Of a DNA stretch of 64,000 nt, positions 18,794-29,765 are shown piece by piece. The first letter of the stretch is position 1. The number at the start of each line of letters is the position of its first letter. This DNA is from Spirochaetota bacterium (GTDB lineage: Bacteria; Spirochaetota; UBA4802; JAFGDQ01). The stretch lies in assembly GCA_043803405.1 (NCBI GenBank), contig JAZDKB010000047.1:24782-88781 (forward strand), written 5' to 3'. The notes below the pieces were generated by a model. It did not search any database and was not told the origin of the DNA. It saw only the letters and a list, made by a program, of their open reading frames with translations. A program made the position numbers and the translations under genes.

Positions 18794-19093
18794 ATGGAGA
18801 TTGCAATAAATAAAAATAGCGATTTGGTAACAATAGCGATTACTGGCGATATTGAAATGATGTCTATAAAGGATTTTAAAACACAGTTACTGAATATCGG
18901 ACAGGATGAAGATAAAGATATTGATCTGGATTTATCAAAAGTTAATTATATTGATTCGTCGGGAGTTGGAGTCCTTATTAGTTTATTAAAATTACAGAAA
19001 AATAAAGGTAAAAAGTTAAAAATAGCAAAAGTAAGCCCCAAAGTATTAAATGTATTAAAATTGAGTTCTCTAGCCGATATTTTCAATTTATGA
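18794..19093 (+). CDS. STAS-domain anti-sigma-factor antagonist
   Basis: LDLSKVNYIDSSGVG phosphorylation motif, 99 aa, aagga RBS. Confidence 0.9.
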   Translation: MEIAINKNSDLVTIAITGDIEMMSIKDFKTQLLNIGQDEDKDIDLDLSKVNYIDSSGVGVLISLLKLQKNKGKKLKIAKVSPKVLNVLKLSSLADIFNL

Positions 19094-19286
19094 TGTATGT
19101 TCGTGCTTTTTTTTAAATAATCAATTTTTACTTTATAAAAAATATTTGCCTCATTATTTTACTCATTTTATACCTCATGTTGATAAATCATTTGACGATA
19201 ATTTTAAATTATATTTAATTGAAATTGAACACATGCAGAATTATTATTCTTTATGAATAATTATTTATTAATTGGAAAATGTAATT

Positions 19287-20180
19287 ATGAGAATTGTTAC
19301 CAGGCCGGATTTTGATGGTGTAGTATGCGCAGTGCTGCTTATGGACGTAATGAATATTTCCGAACCGATTAAATGGATTGAACCCTATGAAATGAGATTT
19401 GGAAACGATGATATTAGGGATGGGGATATAATTACAAATCTTCCGTATGTTGAGAATTGTTCCCTCTGGTTTGATCATCACTATTCCAATAAAACTGATA
19501 AATCATTTAAAGGAGCTTTCGAAATAGCACCTTCTGCAGCCGGGATTATATATAATTATTACCTTAAAAACTTTTCTAAAGATTTTAGCGAGCTTGTTAA
19601 GGAAACCGATAAAATCGATTCCGCAACTTTCACTTTAGATGAAGTTCTTTTTCCCGAAAAATATCCTTATTTAAAACTGTATTTCACATTATCCGGCAGG
19701 AATAAGGCCGATGAAACTTACTGGAATAAAATAGTAAAACTTCTCAGCAGGTATAATATTACCGAAATAATCTCAGATCCTGAAGTGAAAAAGAGATGTA
19801 ATATAATTCTTGAACAGGATAGAGAATATAAAAATTATTTGAAACAATATACTTTCGTTAAAAAACACTTAACCATAACCGATTTCAGATCCATGTCTCA
19901 GGAGCCAAGAGGCAATCGCTTTCTGGTTTATTCTATATTTCCCAATTCCCTTGTTAACTTAAAAATCCGATATGATAACGTTAATAGAGAAAAAGTGATT
20001 ATAAGCCTGGGACAAAACATTTTTAACAGGCAAAGCAAAGTTCATCTTGGACATTTAGTTTCTCAATATGGAGGAGGCGGGCATTCGGGAGCCGGTTCCT
20101 GCCATTTTCATATAAGCGAGGCAGAAGAAAGAATAACTGAAATTATTGATATTTTGCTGCTTGATAAGGCAATAAATTAA
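19287..20180 (+). CDS. DHH-family phosphoesterase (exopolyphosphatase-like / nanoRNase-like)
   Basis: MRIVTRPDFDGVVCA, NLPY, FDHH, APSAA, GGGGHSGAG; ATG 19287 preferred over the track's TTG 19272. Confidence 0.85.
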   Translation: MRIVTRPDFDGVVCAVLLMDVMNISEPIKWIEPYEMRFGNDDIRDGDIITNLPYVENCSLWFDHHYSNKTDKSFKGAFEIAPSAAGIIYNYYLKNFSKDFSELVKETDKIDSATFTLDEVLFPEKYPYLKLYFTLSGRNKADETYWNKIVKLLSRYNITEIISDPEVKKRCNIILEQDREYKNYLKQYTFVKKHLTITDFRSMSQEPRGNRFLVYSIFPNSLVNLKIRYDNVNREKVIISLGQNIFNRQSKVHLGHLVSQYGGGGHSGAGSCHFHISEAEERITEIIDILLLDKAIN

Positions 20181-20320
20181 ATAATTATAAATTTAACCTC
20201 TTATATTTAGGCTTTCCTGATAGTTTTTAAATTAAATATTTGTTGACATTAATGGAGAAAATACAAAAAAAATTTGTTATGCTTTTATAACAAAACTATT
20301 GTTAGAGCGGGAGCCTTTAC

Positions 20321-21760
20321 TTGTATAAGAGTAAGCAAAAACTGATTACTTTAATTCATACTATCCTGGATGTCAGTCTTGTAATTTCAGCTTTTGTAGC
20401 CGCATATTTTTTAAAAAATTTTGTTCTTCCTTCTCCATATATTGGTCTGGATATAACTCCTAATTATTACCTGGTTCTTCTCATATCTCTTATCGCGATG
20501 TATCTTTCTTTTAACTTCTATAATCTTTATGCTCCTTTACCTGGGAAAAAATTTTCGGAAATATGCCTTGATATGATCAAAGCAGTAAGTACAGGAATGT
20601 TCATACTTATTTCCATGCTTTATATTTTTAAAATAGGAGCCGTCAGCCGTATGTTGCTCGGTATATTTTATATTAATTTAATTTGTTTACTGACTTTAAG
20701 TAAGGGATTAATATTTTACATTACCCGTGCGTATGAGAATAATATACATAATATAAAAAATATTTTAATAATCGGCAGTCATCAAAGGGCGGGACAGGTA
20801 ATTGACCTTATTATTTCATCGAGATCGAATATTAAAATTATCGGCTGTCTTGAGGTAGATCCGGCAAAAGTTGGGCAGGAGGTGAAAAACGGCATTAGAG
20901 TGCTGGGCACAATGGAAAATTTAAAAAATATCGTGCTAACCGGGGTGGTAGACGAAGTTATTTTTGCAATGGCGCTGGCTAAAATCGATAATGTTGACAA
21001 GTATATGCTCCTGATCGAAGAAATCGGTATACATGTTCGCATTATTCCTGACTGGCATATACATTCGCTGTTATATAAACCCAGATTTTCCAAGATTTTA
21101 TTTGATGACTTTTACGGAATGCCTACCATGATAGTGTCCCCTACGACTTCAATGCACAGGGAATTATTCATTAAACACATGATTGATCATGGCAGCGCAA
21201 TACTTTCGTTAATTCTTTTACTTCCTGTTTTTATACTGATCGGAACGGCCATTAAAGTTTTTTCATGGGGGCCTGTATTTTTTAAACAGGAACGTCTAGG
21301 TCTGAACGGTAGAAAATTTTATCTGTATAAATTCAGAACAATGGTGCCTAATGCCGAAAAACTTATAGATAAATACAAGCATCTGAATGAAGCGGACGGG
21401 CCTGCATTTAAAATACAAAATGATCCGAGAATTATTCCGATAATCGGAAAAATATTAAGAAAAACCAGCCTTGATGAATTGCCGCAATTAATCAATATTA
21501 TGAGAGGCGAAATGAGTCTTGTAGGGCCAAGGCCTCCAATACCATCCGAGGTTGAACAATACGATGTTTGGCAAAGAAGACGTCTTTCAATGAAACCGGG
21601 GTTAACCTGTATATGGCAGATCGCTCCAAAAAGAAATGATATTGACTTTAATCAATGGATGGAAATGGATCTTGATTATATAGATAACTGGTCATTGAAA
21701 CTCGACATTAAAATTTTCTTTACAACTTTTAAAGTTGTTCTTGCCGGACATGGCAGATAA
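20321..21760 (+). CDS. Undecaprenyl-phosphate sugar phosphotransferase (WcaJ/WbaP family)
   Basis: 4 TMs, CoA-binding-like domain, FFKQER.G.NG..F...KFRTM, DPR, LRKTSLDELPQ, MSLVGPRP, KPGLT; TTG start after gggag. Confidence 0.93.
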   Translation: MYKSKQKLITLIHTILDVSLVISAFVAAYFLKNFVLPSPYIGLDITPNYYLVLLISLIAMYLSFNFYNLYAPLPGKKFSEICLDMIKAVSTGMFILISMLYIFKIGAVSRMLLGIFYINLICLLTLSKGLIFYITRAYENNIHNIKNILIIGSHQRAGQVIDLIISSRSNIKIIGCLEVDPAKVGQEVKNGIRVLGTMENLKNIVLTGVVDEVIFAMALAKIDNVDKYMLLIEEIGIHVRIIPDWHIHSLLYKPRFSKILFDDFYGMPTMIVSPTTSMHRELFIKHMIDHGSAILSLILLLPVFILIGTAIKVFSWGPVFFKQERLGLNGRKFYLYKFRTMVPNAEKLIDKYKHLNEADGPAFKIQNDPRIIPIIGKILRKTSLDELPQLINIMRGEMSLVGPRPPIPSEVEQYDVWQRRRLSMKPGLTCIWQIAPKRNDIDFNQWMEMDLDYIDNWSLKLDIKIFFTTFKVVLAGHGR

Positions 21761-21909
21761 TAAAAAGGCTAATTTTGTAAGTATTCCAATCTATCGAATA
21801 TAAAACTTAATTTTGAGATGACTTGTAATATTAATAATATTATAGCAGAAAAATCATTGAAATATTTTATAGAATAATGCAGTTTAGATCGCAGGGTATT
21901 ACATGATTT

Positions 21910-21982
21910 GCGCCTGTAGCTCAGTGGATAGAGCAATGGCCTCCGAAGCCGTGTGTCGCACGTTCAAATCGTGTCAGGCGCA
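21910..21982 (+). tRNA. tRNA-Arg (anticodon CCG), CCA not encoded
   Basis: Acceptor gcgcctg/caggcgc, D arm gctc-agtggata-gagc, anticodon arm atggc-ctCCGaa-gccgt, T arm gcacg-ttcaaat-cgtgt. Confidence 0.96.
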
Positions 21983-22010
21983 AATATAATTAACATAAGG
22001 AAGACTATTT

Positions 22011-22487
22011 ATGGCTTTTAATTTTAATGCAGAAGAAATTTTTAGAATTGCCGAGCAGATAGAGAAAAACGGTGCCGACTTCTACAAAAAAGCTTCGGAG
22101 AAAATTTCCGACTCGCATTTTAAAAAATTACTGGCTGATCTTTCCTCGATGGAAACTGAGCATTTGAAAATATTTACAACGATGCATTCTTTGCTTACTG
22201 AGAAAGAAAAAGAACCTACCGTGTTTGACCCGATGGATGAATCACTATTATATCTAAAGTCACTTGCGGACATGGAAGTTTTTTATAAAAAAGAACTCGA
22301 TTTTTCATCAATGAAAACAATTTTAATGACTGCGATAGATATGGAAAAGGATTCAATTGTTTTCTATGCCGGTATGAAAGATCTGGTTCCGGAACAACTG
22401 GGAAAAGATAAGCTCGATAATATTATCGGCGAAGAAAAGAAGCACGTCAGGTTGCTTGCCGACCAATTAAAAAATTTCAAAAAATAA
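22011..22487 (+). CDS. Rubrerythrin/ferritin-like diiron protein
   Basis: A..IE..G..FY, ETEH, A...EKDS..FY, EEKKH. Confidence 0.9.
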   Translation: MAFNFNAEEIFRIAEQIEKNGADFYKKASEKISDSHFKKLLADLSSMETEHLKIFTTMHSLLTEKEKEPTVFDPMDESLLYLKSLADMEVFYKKELDFSSMKTILMTAIDMEKDSIVFYAGMKDLVPEQLGKDKLDNIIGEEKKHVRLLADQLKNFKK

Positions 22488-22500
22488 TTGTTCGAAAATA

Positions 22501-25500
22501 TTATTTCTTTGATTTTTCTCCGAGCGAGACAAGAGCCTCGTGCAGATCTTTTTCGTGTTTTCTGCTTTCAAAGCGGCTCAGCAGGCTATAAGCGCATGGA
22601 ACAACAAAAAGCGTAAGCACTGTTGAAAAAATGACACCGCCAATAACAACAATTGCCATAGGTCTCGTTGTTTCTGCACCGGGTCCTATTGCAAATGCCG
22701 GCGGCACTGCGGCCGCTATTGTAGCAATCGATGTCATTATAATAGGACGCAGCCTGACCGGGCAGGCATCGAGCAGCGCTTCTTGTACATCCATCCCGGA
22801 GTTACGGCGTTTATTAGTAAAATCCACAAGCAGTATCGAATTCTTTTTAACGATACCCATTAGTAAAAGCAATCCGATCATGCTGTATATATTAAGAGAA
22901 TTGTCTGTTATCCATAAGGCAAAAAAAGCTCCTGTAATACTGAATGGCAGGGCAAGCAGTATGGTTACAGGATGCAGGAAACTGTTAAACTGTGAACCAA
23001 GCAGCATATAAGCAACAGCAATTCCGAGTATTAAAGCAATGATAAGGCTTTGATAAGATTCCTGAAAGGTCTGCGAACTTCCGGAAAAAACTATATGATA
23101 ATTCTGAGGAAGTATTTTTGATGCGGTATCCTGTATGAAATTCATTACATCCGATTGCGATTTTTTTGGAGCTATGTTGGCGAATATATTTATAGCTCTT
23201 TCCCTGTTGTAGCGCGTTATAGTCAGAAGTGTCGGGCTCTCTTTCATTGAGACAACTTCGGACAGATTCACCATTTCGCCTGCAATGTTTCGGACTTTTA
23301 TACGGCGAATATCCTGCGGATCACGGTTGTATTTATCAAGCAGCTTGACGCGGATATCGTCCCTCCGCCCGGATTCATCAGTATATTTGCCGATAGCAAG
23401 ACTTCCCACCATTGCGCTGACCGTGTTTGCTATATTTGTTACACTGATTCCCCTGTCCCTGGTTTTATTTCTATCCGGAATTATTTGCAGTTCAGGCTTG
23501 CCTGATAAATAATCCGTATCCACATCCGTTACCAGGCCGGACGCGTTCATGGAATCCATTATTTGTTTGCTGTACAATGCAAGTTTTTCCCAGTTTGGTC
23601 CCTGCACAGAGAACTGAACAGGGAATCCGCGTTTTGCACTAAATCCGGAAAGAGACAAGTCCAGCATTGCAGCTTTATAAACCCCTGGAATTTTTTTTAT
23701 TTCATTACGGATAAATCCCATGAATTCCTGCTGGCTGGGTCTGGATTTGAAAGGCGGAGCCACAGGACGTTCCGATGGTTGTTTCATGTTGATATTTAAA
23801 GTGCCCTGATTTACCAGCCCGCCTCCGTAGCCGCCGACTATTGCAAAATAAGATGCGACCTCAGGCCTTGAAGCAATAATCGCTTCCGCTTTCTTAATAA
23901 CCTCATCGGTCTTTTTCATCGATGAATCAATTGTTGTCTGAATTGTTGCAATAAAACGGCTTTGATCCTGAGGGGGTACAAACTCTTTACGGATGAAAGA
24001 CACGAAAAAAATAGATATTGCAAAAATCAGGGCAGATAGCCCTAATACTTTCCATCGATTATTAAGGCATACAGCAAGCAGTTTTTTATAGCGGACGGAT
24101 ACATATTCCATAATAATATCCATCCTGTTCCCAAGCCTGGTTTTTTTCTTTTTGGTCATAAACTGCGAGAGACGCATCGGAGCTAGTGTTAATGCTTCAA
24201 GAAGCGAAAGCATTACTGCAACAGACATTGTAATCCCGAACTGAAAAAAGAATTTACCTATTATGCCTTTCATGAAAACGACAGGGATGAAAATAGCGAG
24301 TATGGCAAGGGAAGCAGCGATAGCAGGGGTTGTAATTTCCCTGGCGCCGATAATCGAAGCCTTTACGCGGCTTACTCCGCTTTCAAAATGCCTTATGATA
24401 TTTTCCATTACCATTATGGCATCGTCTACAACAATCCCAATCGACAGTGAAAGACCCAGAAGAGTAAATGTATTAAGGGTAAATCCGAAATAATATAGAA
24501 CAATAAATGAGCCTACCAGAGATACCGGGATAGCAAGAATAACATTAAGCGCTGAACTCCATGATCCGAGAAAAAGCCAGCATACAAGCGAAGTAAGTAT
24601 TACAGATAAAACAAGAGTGAAAAGCAGATCAAGTGTTGAATCTTCGATAAATCTTGTGCTGTCCCAGATGATATCTGTTTTAATGTAATCTGGTAAAATA
24701 TTTTTAAGGTTTTTTATTCTTTCTTTGACGGCATGTCCAACAGCTACGGCATTCGATCCGCGCTGTTTTATTATGCCGAGCCCGACAGCCTGCTTTCCGT
24801 TAATGCGCGAGATGCGCCTGATATCTGCAAGGCCTTCTTCGATTTTTGCTATATCTCCAAGCTTTAACGGAGTCCAGATCGGCTCTCCTTTCCGGTTGGA
24901 GATTATTATATTCTCAAAATCTTTTTTTGTCTGGGCTTCGCTCATCACCCGGACATTAAGCTCTTTAGGCTCTTTATCGATAAATCCGGAAGGAGTGAGT
25001 ATATGCTGGCTGTTAACTGCCGCTATTACATCGTCGACGGTTATTTCATTGCGGGACATGGCATCCAGGTTAAGCCATATTCTCATGTTGGGATTAACGT
25101 ACCCGCCCATAATTACATCCCCGACTCCTTCAATAGTTGTCATGTTGTCTTTCAGACGATCCCTTACCAGGATTATCATTTCTCTCAGACTGGATGAACC
25201 GCTAATAGCAGTAAACATGATCGGCTGATCTTCCGGATTGGATTTTGTAACAATGGGCGTGTCAATATCGTTCGGAAGATTCCTCTGAGACTGAAGGATT
25301 TTACTTTGAACTTCCTGTAGCGCTGTATCTATGTTGCGGTTAAGTGCAAATTCAATTGTAATAGTAGTAAGCCCTTCCTGAGAGATGGAACTGATATTGT
25401 TGATCCCTTCAACGCTCATTATTGAATCTTCCAGAACGTCCGCGACTGCGGTTTCCAGGGTCTGCGGAGAAGCACCAGTCCACGTTACCCTGATTGTAAG

Positions 25501-25632
25501 CACCGGAAAATCCACGTCTGGAAGCTGGCTTATGCCCATTCGTGATAAACTGATCGCACCGAAAAGGATAAGCCCGAACATAAGCATCCATGCGAAAACA
25601 GGATTTTTAATTGAGATGTCGGATAATGTCAT
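22501..25632 (-). CDS. RND efflux permease (AcrB/AcrD/AcrF family)
   Basis: 1043 aa, P.VDFP, GIVVDDAI.V.EN, RLRPI.MT. Confidence 0.95.
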   Translation of the reverse strand: MTLSDISIKNPVFAWMLMFGLILFGAISLSRMGISQLPDVDFPVLTIRVTWTGASPQTLETAVADVLEDSIMSVEGINNISSISQEGLTTITIEFALNRNIDTALQEVQSKILQSQRNLPNDIDTPIVTKSNPEDQPIMFTAISGSSSLREMIILVRDRLKDNMTTIEGVGDVIMGGYVNPNMRIWLNLDAMSRNEITVDDVIAAVNSQHILTPSGFIDKEPKELNVRVMSEAQTKKDFENIIISNRKGEPIWTPLKLGDIAKIEEGLADIRRISRINGKQAVGLGIIKQRGSNAVAVGHAVKERIKNLKNILPDYIKTDIIWDSTRFIEDSTLDLLFTLVLSVILTSLVCWLFLGSWSSALNVILAIPVSLVGSFIVLYYFGFTLNTFTLLGLSLSIGIVVDDAIMVMENIIRHFESGVSRVKASIIGAREITTPAIAASLAILAIFIPVVFMKGIIGKFFFQFGITMSVAVMLSLLEALTLAPMRLSQFMTKKKKTRLGNRMDIIMEYVSVRYKKLLAVCLNNRWKVLGLSALIFAISIFFVSFIRKEFVPPQDQSRFIATIQTTIDSSMKKTDEVIKKAEAIIASRPEVASYFAIVGGYGGGLVNQGTLNINMKQPSERPVAPPFKSRPSQQEFMGFIRNEIKKIPGVYKAAMLDLSLSGFSAKRGFPVQFSVQGPNWEKLALYSKQIMDSMNASGLVTDVDTDYLSGKPELQIIPDRNKTRDRGISVTNIANTVSAMVGSLAIGKYTDESGRRDDIRVKLLDKYNRDPQDIRRIKVRNIAGEMVNLSEVVSMKESPTLLTITRYNRERAINIFANIAPKKSQSDVMNFIQDTASKILPQNYHIVFSGSSQTFQESYQSLIIALILGIAVAYMLLGSQFNSFLHPVTILLALPFSITGAFFALWITDNSLNIYSMIGLLLLMGIVKKNSILLVDFTNKRRNSGMDVQEALLDACPVRLRPIIMTSIATIAAAVPPAFAIGPGAETTRPMAIVVIGGVIFSTVLTLFVVPCAYSLLSRFESRKHEKDLHEALVSLGEKSKK

Positions 25633-25635
25633 GTG

Positions 25636-27015
25636 TTATTCCGTTTTTAATATGCCGATATTTTTGCCGGACAGTTCAGTTGCGGCTACTGCAAGTTTTA
25701 TCCTGTTGAGTTTGTGCTGCAACATGCTTCTTTCGTAATCATCTTTAGCGGTTTGTAGTGATTTAAGCGAAGTGATCAGGTCAAGAATTGTTACAAGATT
25801 TAGTCTATATTCATTATTAACCATTTTATAGTTTTCTTCTGCTGAATCCAGGGCCTTCTTAAATGCTTCATATTCATTTTTTGAACTTACCCAGTTTTGA
25901 AATGAGTCGATAATATCTTCTTCAGCAAAACGAATAGTTCTTGAAAGGTCTAATTCTGACTGGCGTTTTATTGACCTGGCCTCTTTTATTTTTGCAAAAG
26001 TAATACCGCCATTAAAAATAGGCAGTTCCGCACCCATTGAAAAATAATAATCGCGTGAATTTCCACCTGATGATGTGCTGTTCTTTTCATAATACAGCAA
26101 ATATGTTGCGTCAGCATAAATTGAAGGCAGATTCCCTCCGTATGCCGATAAAACCCTTGCCTTGGCCTGTTCCACTGTTTCTAAGGCGGTTTTTATATCC
26201 CATCGTCTTTCTGTAAGCGTCTTTAGCCCTTCAATTTTATAATCAGGATCCGGAATTTCGGCGCCTTCTGTCAATTTTAAATCATCCTTTGCGCCTGTAA
26301 TGGTTTTAAGCGCGAGCTTTGCGCGCGTCAGATTGTTTTGAAGCGTTTTCCGTTCGGCTTCCAGTTTGTATAATTCAGTGATAGTCCTTTGTACTTCGCT
26401 TTTGCGGCTGCGTCCTATTGCTGCCCTCCGGTTTAATTCGTTTAACGTCCTTTTATAAAGATTTATAATTTCCTCACCGGTTTTAATGCTTTTTTCGATT
26501 TGAATAACATTGTAGAAACTTGAGGAAACATCCAGAAGCAGTTGTAAAATATTATTATTTAAATTATATTTTTTAATTTTAATGTCAGATAGCGATGCCT
26601 TGAAGGCGGAAAATTCTTCCAGCCCGGTCATTATCGGCTGTCTGGCATAAAGAGCTATAGTGTCGCGCTGGCTACTGGAGCCTAATTTGTATTTTTCCGC
26701 GAAATATTTGTTGGCGCGAAGATAGACTTTTGGCAGGAATGCTCCATAGGCTTGCTGACGTTTAGCTTCGGACTGAATTGAACTTTCACCTTCAATCGCG
26801 AGTCTTTCGGTATTTTTTACGGCAAGGGCATATACGTCAAATAAAGTAACCGCTTTCTTTTGTGAAGCAGTAACCGCATCGTTATCTGAAATGCCGCTCG
26901 CTTCGGTAATCATTTTTTTTACATCATCATCAACAGCAAATGCATTTATATTTAATAAAAGATAAGCAATAACAAAAATAGATAACCTGAACTTTGATAG
27001 TATTTCTAATATCAT
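25636..27015 (-). CDS. TolC-family outer-membrane efflux protein
   Basis: Signal peptide, two OEP-like repeats (FLPKV, LPSI, LPIFNGG), adjacent to the RND gene. Confidence 0.9.
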   Translation of the reverse strand: MILEILSKFRLSIFVIAYLLLNINAFAVDDDVKKMITEASGISDNDAVTASQKKAVTLFDVYALAVKNTERLAIEGESSIQSEAKRQQAYGAFLPKVYLRANKYFAEKYKLGSSSQRDTIALYARQPIMTGLEEFSAFKASLSDIKIKKYNLNNNILQLLLDVSSSFYNVIQIEKSIKTGEEIINLYKRTLNELNRRAAIGRSRKSEVQRTITELYKLEAERKTLQNNLTRAKLALKTITGAKDDLKLTEGAEIPDPDYKIEGLKTLTERRWDIKTALETVEQAKARVLSAYGGNLPSIYADATYLLYYEKNSTSSGGNSRDYYFSMGAELPIFNGGITFAKIKEARSIKRQSELDLSRTIRFAEEDIIDSFQNWVSSKNEYEAFKKALDSAEENYKMVNNEYRLNLVTILDLITSLKSLQTAKDDYERSMLQHKLNRIKLAVAATELSGKNIGILKTE

Positions 27016-27215
27016 AATATGCTTTGCGGTCGATCAATTATTTAAAATTAAGGTCAGATATTAAACCGATTATTTTGTATCACAACAACTTTTCTTTTTA
27101 ATTATATATTTTCACCAGATTGAAAAGTGCTTGAAGGATTTTAAGCGTTATTTATTCTGTTGGGTTGCGCATACTTTTATGAAAAACAGATATAAATAAG
27201 GTTTTAGATAATTAA

Positions 27216-27866
27216 ATGAACATACTTTTTGATAATATTATTGTTAAAGGCGGATGGCTTATGGTACCCATTATTCTGGGTTCCATACTTGCTCTGTGTA
27301 TTACTATTGAACGCGGTATATTTTTTTGGAGAAACAAGTTAAATGTAAAAGAATTTACGGATGATATTTTCTTCCTTGTTGAAAAAGGCGAAATTGAGCG
27401 CGCTATTGAGCAATGTAAACGAGTCAGCCATCCTATAGGCGCTGTTTTCAGCACCGGACTTGAGCAGATAGAGAATGAAATAACCGAAGTTGAACGCGCT
27501 ATGGAACGCGAAGGGAGCAGGCAGGTCGGCATTCTTGAAAAGAATTTTAATTATCTTCTGTCAATAGTCGGCCTGGAGCCGATGCTTGGATTTCTTGGTA
27601 CAATTATAGGGCTGATACAGGCTTTCATGGCATGGGAAAAATTTTCCACAACAGTTACCGTTGACCGGCTGGCGGCAGGTATTTACCAGGCGATGATCAC
27701 TACTGCGGCCGGGCTCATTGTGGCAATACCGTTTTATATAGTGTATAATTTACTTACACATAAAGTCAACCTGATTACTCATGATTTAAACTATTACGGC
27801 GATAAAATGATAAGCATATTCAATAAAAGAAAAGGACATTCAAATGAAAATCAAAAGCCAGCGTAA
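27216..27866 (+). CDS. exbB: MotA/TolQ/ExbB proton-channel protein
   Basis: GGWLM.PI, P.LGFLGT..GLI.AF, GI.QAM.TTAAGL.VAIP. Confidence 0.88.
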   Translation: MNILFDNIIVKGGWLMVPIILGSILALCITIERGIFFWRNKLNVKEFTDDIFFLVEKGEIERAIEQCKRVSHPIGAVFSTGLEQIENEITEVERAMEREGSRQVGILEKNFNYLLSIVGLEPMLGFLGTIIGLIQAFMAWEKFSTTVTVDRLAAGIYQAMITTAAGLIVAIPFYIVYNLLTHKVNLITHDLNYYGDKMISIFNKRKGHSNENQKPA

Positions 27867-28272
27867 ACCGTTCTTTTCATTTGAATCGATTGCTATGACT
27901 GATATTATAATGAATATGTTTATATTTTTCTTTGTAAGTTTTAGTCTTCTGTATACGTTCAATCCTTATCAGGAGTCAAAAATAAAAGTAAATCTTCCGC
28001 GAGGCGCAACAAATGTACAGACTAAAGGCGAAACTCCGCTCGTCGTTTCGGTTACTTCTAAAAATGAAATCTTTATCGGAGCAAATAAAATATCACAGCA
28101 GGCATTGCTGAAGGAGCTGTCCTCGTATTCGAAGACAGCAAAACAAAGCGGTCTCATTGTTAAGGCGGACAGGCAGGCTTCAGTAGATTATTTTGTTAAA
28201 GTTCTGGATGCTGCCAAGCAGGCAGGTATTGACAAGCTCGGAGTTTCGATAGAACTTCAGGGGAAAAATTAA
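27844..28272 (+). CDS. exbD: ExbD/TolR biopolymer transport protein
   Basis: MTDII...IFF TM with conserved Asp, V.LP, KADR......V.VLD....AG. Confidence 0.88.
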   Translation: MKIKSQRKPFFSFESIAMTDIIMNMFIFFFVSFSLLYTFNPYQESKIKVNLPRGATNVQTKGETPLVVSVTSKNEIFIGANKISQQALLKELSSYSKTAKQSGLIVKADRQASVDYFVKVLDAAKQAGIDKLGVSIELQGKN

Positions 28273-28292
28273 AAATATTACAGGAATTTAAA

Positions 28293-29765
28293 ATGGTATT
28301 GATAATATTTATTTATATCATATTCTTTTCAGCAGCTCCGCTTTTCTCGGATGAAATTAAATCAACTCAAATAGCCAGGCAGGCTACAGTGCGGATAACG
28401 AAGACATATATTGAGCCTAATTATTGTGTGCCATGGAAAATGAAAAATTATAATACTGCCGTAGGCTCCGGCGCCATTATAAAAGGCAAGCTGATCCTCA
28501 CTAACGCGCATGTCATTTCCGATGCAACCTTTATACAGGTACAGAAGGAAAACGACCCGGTGAACTATGAAGCAGAAGTTTTGTACGTGGGGCATGACTG
28601 CGATCTGGCATTGCTAAAGGTTAAGGATAAAAATTTTTTTGAAGGCACAATAAGCCTTGAACTGGGGGGCATACCCGATCTTAAAAGCATAGTCGCTACT
28701 TACGGATATCCTGTAGGTGGAGAGCGCATCTCGATTACCGAAGGAGTGGTGTCAAGGATAGAGATAGGCCTGTATTCCCACAGCAAGAAAGCGACCCTGC
28801 TCATGATTCAGACAGATGCGGCTATTAACGCCGGCAACAGCGGCGGGCCGGTTATGCAGGAAGGCCGCATCGCCGGGATCGCCTTCCAGGCAATGGCAGA
28901 TTCCAGCAATATAGGTTACATGATCCCGACTCCCATTATACAGCACTTTCTTGATGATACCAAAGACGGGAAATACGACGGTTTTCCGGATATCGGAATA
29001 TTTACCGATACTTTAATAAATGCCGCTTACAGGGAATATCTCGGTATGGATAAAAACCAGACAGGGATTATAGTGACACATGTGATAAAAAATTTAAACA
29101 CTGAAAATAAACTTAAAGAAGGCGATGTACTTTTAAGCATTGACGGAAATAAAATAGCCAATGACGGCACTATTTCGTACAGAAACGGAAGGATACTATA
29201 TTCGATAATTGTTGATCAAAAGCAGGTCGGTTCTGTCGTAAACATGGAAATATTAAGGGACAAACGCTTAATGAAAGTCCCTGTTGCCGCGGGCCAGGTT
29301 GTTGCGCGAATTCCCTGGTATGACGAATTTGAAACTCTCCCCAGGTATTATATCTTCGGAGGCATTGTATTTCAGCCGTTGAACAGGGAGTTCCTGGAAT
29401 GCTGGGACAAGTGGTGGTTCAAGGCAGACCGCCGCATGCTTTATAATTTTTTTTATTCGGACAAAGATAAAATTCATTCCGAAAGATCCGAATTCATTAT
29501 TATTAACCATGTGCTTCCGGACTCGGTAAATACGTATATATCAGATATTCATGATCTCATAGTCGACAGGATAAACAGTAAAAAAATAACAAAACTTGAA
29601 GATGTTATTGAAGCATTCAAAACGCCTGCCGGGCTATATCATATCATAGAAGTTGAAGGGTATAATAAACCCATAATCATAAGCGCATCCGGGATTGAAG
29701 ACACTAATTTACGCATATTAAAAAAGTACGAGATACCATCGGACAGAAGACTGGGATCCAAATGA
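28293..29765 (+). CDS. Deg/HtrA serine protease with PDZ domains (Deg2-like), intact triad
   Basis: TNAHV (His), DCDLALL (Asp), AINAGNSGGP (Ser), Y.IFGG.VF.PL second PDZ. Confidence 0.93.
   Translation: MVLIIFIYIIFFSAAPLFSDEIKSTQIARQATVRITKTYIEPNYCVPWKMKNYNTAVGSGAIIKGKLILTNAHVISDATFIQVQKENDPVNYEAEVLYVGHDCDLALLKVKDKNFFEGTISLELGGIPDLKSIVATYGYPVGGERISITEGVVSRIEIGLYSHSKKATLLMIQTDAAINAGNSGGPVMQEGRIAGIAFQAMADSSNIGYMIPTPIIQHFLDDTKDGKYDGFPDIGIFTDTLINAAYREYLGMDKNQTGIIVTHVIKNLNTENKLKEGDVLLSIDGNKIANDGTISYRNGRILYSIIVDQKQVGSVVNMEILRDKRLMKVPVAAGQVVARIPWYDEFETLPRYYIFGGIVFQPLNREFLECWDKWWFKADRRMLYNFFYSDKDKIHSERSEFIIINHVLPDSVNTYISDIHDLIVDRINSKKITKLEDVIEAFKTPAGLYHIIEVEGYNKPIIISASGIEDTNLRILKKYEIPSDRRLGSK

Noticed and set aside
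21910..21982. tRNA as an integration site for an island
   Set aside because: No integrase and no duplicated tRNA 3' end noticed in the window.
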